From assembly GCA_951406725.2 (NCBI GenBank), contig OX597833.1, positions 18,352,001-18,416,000 of the forward strand: DNA of 64,000 bases, in the 5' to 3' direction. The notes beneath the pieces were generated by a model. That model did not search any database. It saw only the letters and a program-made list of their open reading frames with translations, and was not told the DNA's origin. A program made the position numbers and the translations under genes. Below are positions 60,234 to 64,000 of this stretch, piece by piece. This DNA comes from Octopus vulgaris. Lineage: Eukaryota. Numbering within the stretch: the stretch's first letter is position 1; every line of letters begins with the position of its first letter.

Positions 60234-63200
60234 CATCATCATTGTTCGACCGTGGTCGAGACAATGGAATTTACCATGTTGCGCCAGACTTCACGGTCCA
60301 TCATAGCATTACGGAGGTCCTGTTGCTGGATGCCTGTATCCCTGGAGATTACATCAGGGTAGGAGAGTGTGCGCCCTCTGGTGTTGCGAGTAGATGGCTT
60401 CCAGAGGAGAAGAGTAGAAATTACTTCTTTTTCAGCTCTACAACAATGTCCAGCAAACTGGACTCTCCTACCCTTCACAAGAGATGACACAGGTGGTAAT
60501 TTCCCATATATTTGCATTTTAGTTGGATGGCGCCTCCACGAGAGATTTTGAGCTCTCATAAGGAGGCGAGTGTAGGTTCCATCCAACCGCCTCTCAAGCT
60601 TCTTTGATAACGTCCAGGTTTCTGAGCCATATAGTAGGATTGGTTCGACTGTGGCTTTGAATATTTCAAGTTTGAAGTCTCTACTTAGATTTGATGACCA
60701 GATCTTATGCATGTCATTACAGGCTGACCAGGCCATACCCTTTCTAGTTAGAAAGTCTTTTCCAGATGATGATATGTATGACCCAAGATATTTATAATCA
60801 GAAACTATATTTAAAGGTGCACTGTTGAGAGTGTGGATGATGCAATCACTGTTGGACAGGCACTTGTTTATGTATTCAGTTTTGGTCTCATTAAGGTAAA
60901 GACCTACACAATTTGAGGCTTGTTCAAGAGATTGTAAAAGAGACTGGGCATTGGAGAGAGAATCACTGATAAGAGCGATGTCGTCAGCAAAGTCAGTGTC
61001 TGTCAAGTACTCAGCTGGGTGTCTGGAACTTCTTCTTGGTTTTATTTCAAAGCCCTTGCCAGAGATGGTATCAACTGACATACGTAGCACATAATCAACA
61101 ACAATGATGAAAAGAAATGGGGCGAGTGTGTCTCCCTGCAGTATTCCGGCCTCGATCGAGAAAGATGATGTTTCTCCATCAGGGGTTAAGATGGTTGAAG
61201 ACGTATCTGTGTAGAGGACCTTGATGGCAGAAATAATTTTGTCTGGTATCCCATAGAGCTTAAGGATTTCAAACATCTTGCACCTATCTACAGAATCGAA
61301 CGCTTTAGAAAAGTCTACAAATACCATTGCAAGATCGCGATTAAATGCTTTTGATTCTTCAATAAGTCTGCGCAGGCATAGTATCTGGCTCAGCGTTGAG
61401 CGCCCATGTCTGAATCCATTTTGGTTCTTTCGGAGCAAAGGTTCAACAAAAAGGACAAGACGATTTAGGATCAGTTTGTTGTACAGTTTTGCAGCAATTG
61501 ACATTAGAGATATGCCCCTGTAGTTGGTGACGAGGGACAAATCGCCTTTTTTGGGTATTGGAATGATTTGAGACTGGTGCCAAATCTTTGGAGCGACAAA
61601 GGTGGAAAGTGTGTGGTTGCAGAGGTTAAGCAAAAGTGTGTGAAATCTATCATCCTTCCAAATCACAGCCGGAATGTTGTCGGGACCAAATGCTTTCGAG
61701 GCTTTTAGTTGCTTGGTGGCTGCTGTTAGTTCAAATATGGTAAAAGGGGAGGTGTTGATGTCCAGCGTGTCTGATATAGGCACACTTGGGAGAGTGGGGT
61801 TATCAGGGATTTTGGCATTCTTCCCAAGGAGGTTTTTAAAATGGGTTGACCAATTTTCTAAACGCTTCTTAGCTGATCCCCCTTTAATTCTAATTGATGA
61901 CCCAGAATTTTTGCCTGATAGGTCTTTGATGGATTTCCAGGCGAGATGGTGTTTTTTACTAATGTGCTCTTTCGATAGTTTACTAATTTTGCCATTGATA
62001 AATTCGACCTCGGCGTTCAAGTAAGCCTCATCAAGATTCTTCCTGGCAGCTATGAGTTGGATCTTCAGTGACTGGGATGGAGAACGGTGGTAAGCTAGTG
62101 ATATAGACTTTAGATGGTTTCTGGCTTCGATGACATTTGGGGAATTAGAAGGTTTGCTCTGGCCCCTACTCTTCCTTTTGGGAAGAGTAGCCAGTGCAAC
62201 TTCCTCTGTTGATTTGATGAGGCTGCTGTATACTTCCTCAATGTTCTCAGCATCTATTTCAGAAGTAGACAGAGATTGAAATTTGTTATAGACCTCGATA
62301 GTAAATTGTTTGGACATATCGGGGTTAGATAAGACTTCCTTCCAGTCGATCATTTTGATCGGGTGAGGCTTAGTTTTTTTGGATGAGCGAAGACTAAGCT
62401 TAACGGTAGCTGATACAATTCTGTGGTCAGAGCCGACAGAACTAAAGGAAGAGTAGGATCTCGAGTCCTTAACACTATTGCGCCATTTCTTTCGAAAGAT
62501 GAGGTAGTCAATTTGTGTCCTATCACCAAGTGGGGACTCAAATGTCCAAAGTTGACCTTTTGGTTTCATAAAAGAATTGTTGGAGGTGTAGAGATTAAAT
62601 TCCTCCAAGAAGTCTTTGAGCATTTCTCCGTTCCGATTGGTTTTAGAGTTGAAAGTAAACTTGCTCTCATCGGGTCCTAGTCTAGCATTCAGATCACCAG
62701 CTATAACCAGAAAATTATGGAGAGGTACTTGCTCAATGGTTGAACGAAGGGTTGTATAGAAATTTTCAATTTCGTCTGCCACAGACGAATTATGTGGGCT
62801 ATACACACATACCAATGTTGTTTTTGGGTTTCCATCTATCTCAAGCACCATAATTCTAGGTGAGATTGACTCTATACTCAAGAGAGTATCACTAGCCTTT
62901 GATGAAAGTAGAAATCCGATACCTCCAACTGTTGAATTAACAGTATTCTTTGATGCTGAGGAGGTTACAAGTTGATAAGAACCGACTTGATGGTATTTGA
63001 GGATGTTGTCAGGGTGGTAAAATCGGTGTTCTTGGACAGCTATTATATCAATGCCATGTGATTCTGCATTTGCACCAAGTTCTTCTAGACGGCCAAGAGA
63101 GCCGAGGGTGCGGGCATTGAGGGTGCTGAGTATCGTATGATTTTTACAGCTGATGAGGTGTTTGTTTGGTGTTGTTTGGTTGGGGGCTGACTCTTCTCCA

Positions 63201-63610
63201 TCAGGTGATACCCGTCTGTTAAGATTGAGGGCATCACCGTCAATGGATGCCCTTGGAGGTGCAACATGATCAGAGACAGGACCCGGCAAAGCAGGGGCTG
63301 GACCTACATCCGCAGGTATACCATTAGGTCTGGTTCCCTGGGGAAGAGGAACCCTGGTGCAGTTAATTGTAAATTCCATAGTCTTTTCAAATGGCTAATA
63401 ATGTGTGCGCGCGCCACTACTACACACATTGGAAAGCATTGTACAACCAAGTACTAAAGAAGATCTTTCCTCCTCCATGAAACAAAGCTGTTCCCGCTGG
63501 ACGTCAACCCAGTACTTCTAAGCTACGGGCTGAGTGATTTATTGTAAGGTTATCTCCCTAGATAGGTTGCCTTCACTACGGCTAAGGAGCCCTTTCTACC
63601 CCACTGACAC
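60234..63610 (-). mobile_element. Full-length RTE-clade LINE
   Basis: Single ORF, ~230-nt 5' UTR, (TGA)n tail at the stop codon, agatatacat flanking repeats at 60224 and 63611, inserted in (TACA)n. Confidence 0.9.
60239..63379 (-). CDS. AP-endonuclease plus reverse transcriptase polyprotein, 1046 aa, uninterrupted
   Basis: APE motifs NARTL, AVQEH, GDLNA, IDY and SDH; RT motifs YRGISL, QNGFR, DFSKAFD, QGDTLAP, FADD and YLG. Confidence 0.97.
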   Translation of the reverse strand: MEFTINCTRVPLPQGTRPNGIPADVGPAPALPGPVSDHVAPPRASIDGDALNLNRRVSPDGEESAPNQTTPNKHLISCKNHTILSTLNARTLGSLGRLEELGANAESHGIDIIAVQEHRFYHPDNILKYHQVGSYQLVTSSASKNTVNSTVGGIGFLLSSKASDTLLSIESISPRIMVLEIDGNPKTTLVCVYSPHNSSVADEIENFYTTLRSTIEQVPLHNFLVIAGDLNARLGPDESKFTFNSKTNRNGEMLKDFLEEFNLYTSNNSFMKPKGQLWTFESPLGDRTQIDYLIFRKKWRNSVKDSRSYSSFSSVGSDHRIVSATVKLSLRSSKKTKPHPIKMIDWKEVLSNPDMSKQFTIEVYNKFQSLSTSEIDAENIEEVYSSLIKSTEEVALATLPKRKSRGQSKPSNSPNVIEARNHLKSISLAYHRSPSQSLKIQLIAARKNLDEAYLNAEVEFINGKISKLSKEHISKKHHLAWKSIKDLSGKNSGSSIRIKGGSAKKRLENWSTHFKNLLGKNAKIPDNPTLPSVPISDTLDINTSPFTIFELTAATKQLKASKAFGPDNIPAVIWKDDRFHTLLLNLCNHTLSTFVAPKIWHQSQIIPIPKKGDLSLVTNYRGISLMSIAAKLYNKLILNRLVLFVEPLLRKNQNGFRHGRSTLSQILCLRRLIEESKAFNRDLAMVFVDFSKAFDSVDRCKMFEILKLYGIPDKIISAIKVLYTDTSSTILTPDGETSSFSIEAGILQGDTLAPFLFIIVVDYVLRMSVDTISGKGFEIKPRRSSRHPAEYLTDTDFADDIALISDSLSNAQSLLQSLEQASNCVGLYLNETKTEYINKCLSNSDCIIHTLNSAPLNIVSDYKYLGSYISSSGKDFLTRKGMAWSACNDMHKIWSSNLSRDFKLEIFKATVEPILLYGSETWTLSKKLERRLDGTYTRLLMRAQNLSWRRHPTKMQIYGKLPPVSSLVKGRRVQFAGHCCRAEKEVISTLLLWKPSTRNTRGRTLSYPDVISRDTGIQQQDLRNAMMDREVWRNMVNSIVSTTVEQ

Positions 63611-63711
63611 AGATATACATACATACACACACATACATACAGACAGACAGACATACACACACACACACACACATACACATACATACATACATACATACAT
63701 ACATACATACA

Positions 63712-63743
<32 letters not shown>

Positions 63744-63869
63744 GATGTGGTAGCGTTAAAGTCAAAGATTTACTTACGGATTCCATTATACAGTAAAACG
63801 TGAAAATCAGACAATCTTTGAGTAATATATTCTTCTATGCACAATCATACATACCCGTGCATGTATGTT

Positions 63870-64000
63870 GGCTGTATGGTAAGTAGCTTGCTTACATCCA
63901 CATGGTTCCGGGTTCAGTCCCACTGCGTGGCACCTTGGGCAAGTGTCTTCTACTATAGCCTCGGACCGACCAAAGCCTTCTGAGTGGATTTGGTAGACGG
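63870..64000 (+). mobile_element. SINE family B 5' part (runs off the window)
   Basis: Head matches other copies. Confidence 0.8.

Noticed and set aside
61278-62680. + strand ORFs within the LINE and antisense ORFs within cadherin exons
   Set aside because: Shadow frames of real coding sequence with no independent motifs.

Overview
Repeat-rich eukaryotic genomic DNA, most likely an octopod cephalopod; this is inferred from the SINE families and the dense TA/TG/TTA/GATA microsatellites and is not proven. Most of the window is the central and 3' part of one very large + strand cadherin gene. I can build 20 phase-compatible GT-AG exons from 940 to 46599 (about 8.5 kb CDS, about 2,800 aa, about 25 EC repeats, a non-EC membrane-adjacent domain, one TM helix and a short tail); the start and stop codons appear to lie outside the window. 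The introns hold a full-length, intact RTE-clade LINE, decayed R4/Dong LINEs, Helitron pieces, mariner/Tc1/hAT/Merlin-like MITEs and several tRNA-derived SINE families. The most notable unannotated signal is a set of about ten type I hammerhead-ribozyme motifs from several unrelated small elements sitting in microsatellites. They include a ~200-nt palindrome with intact-core hammerheads in both polarities (52930-53130), a covarying U3-A8 core variant (8001-8038 and 56091-56139) and a retrozyme-like partial tandem repeat (17655-18339). All ribozyme calls come from manual folding and are untested.
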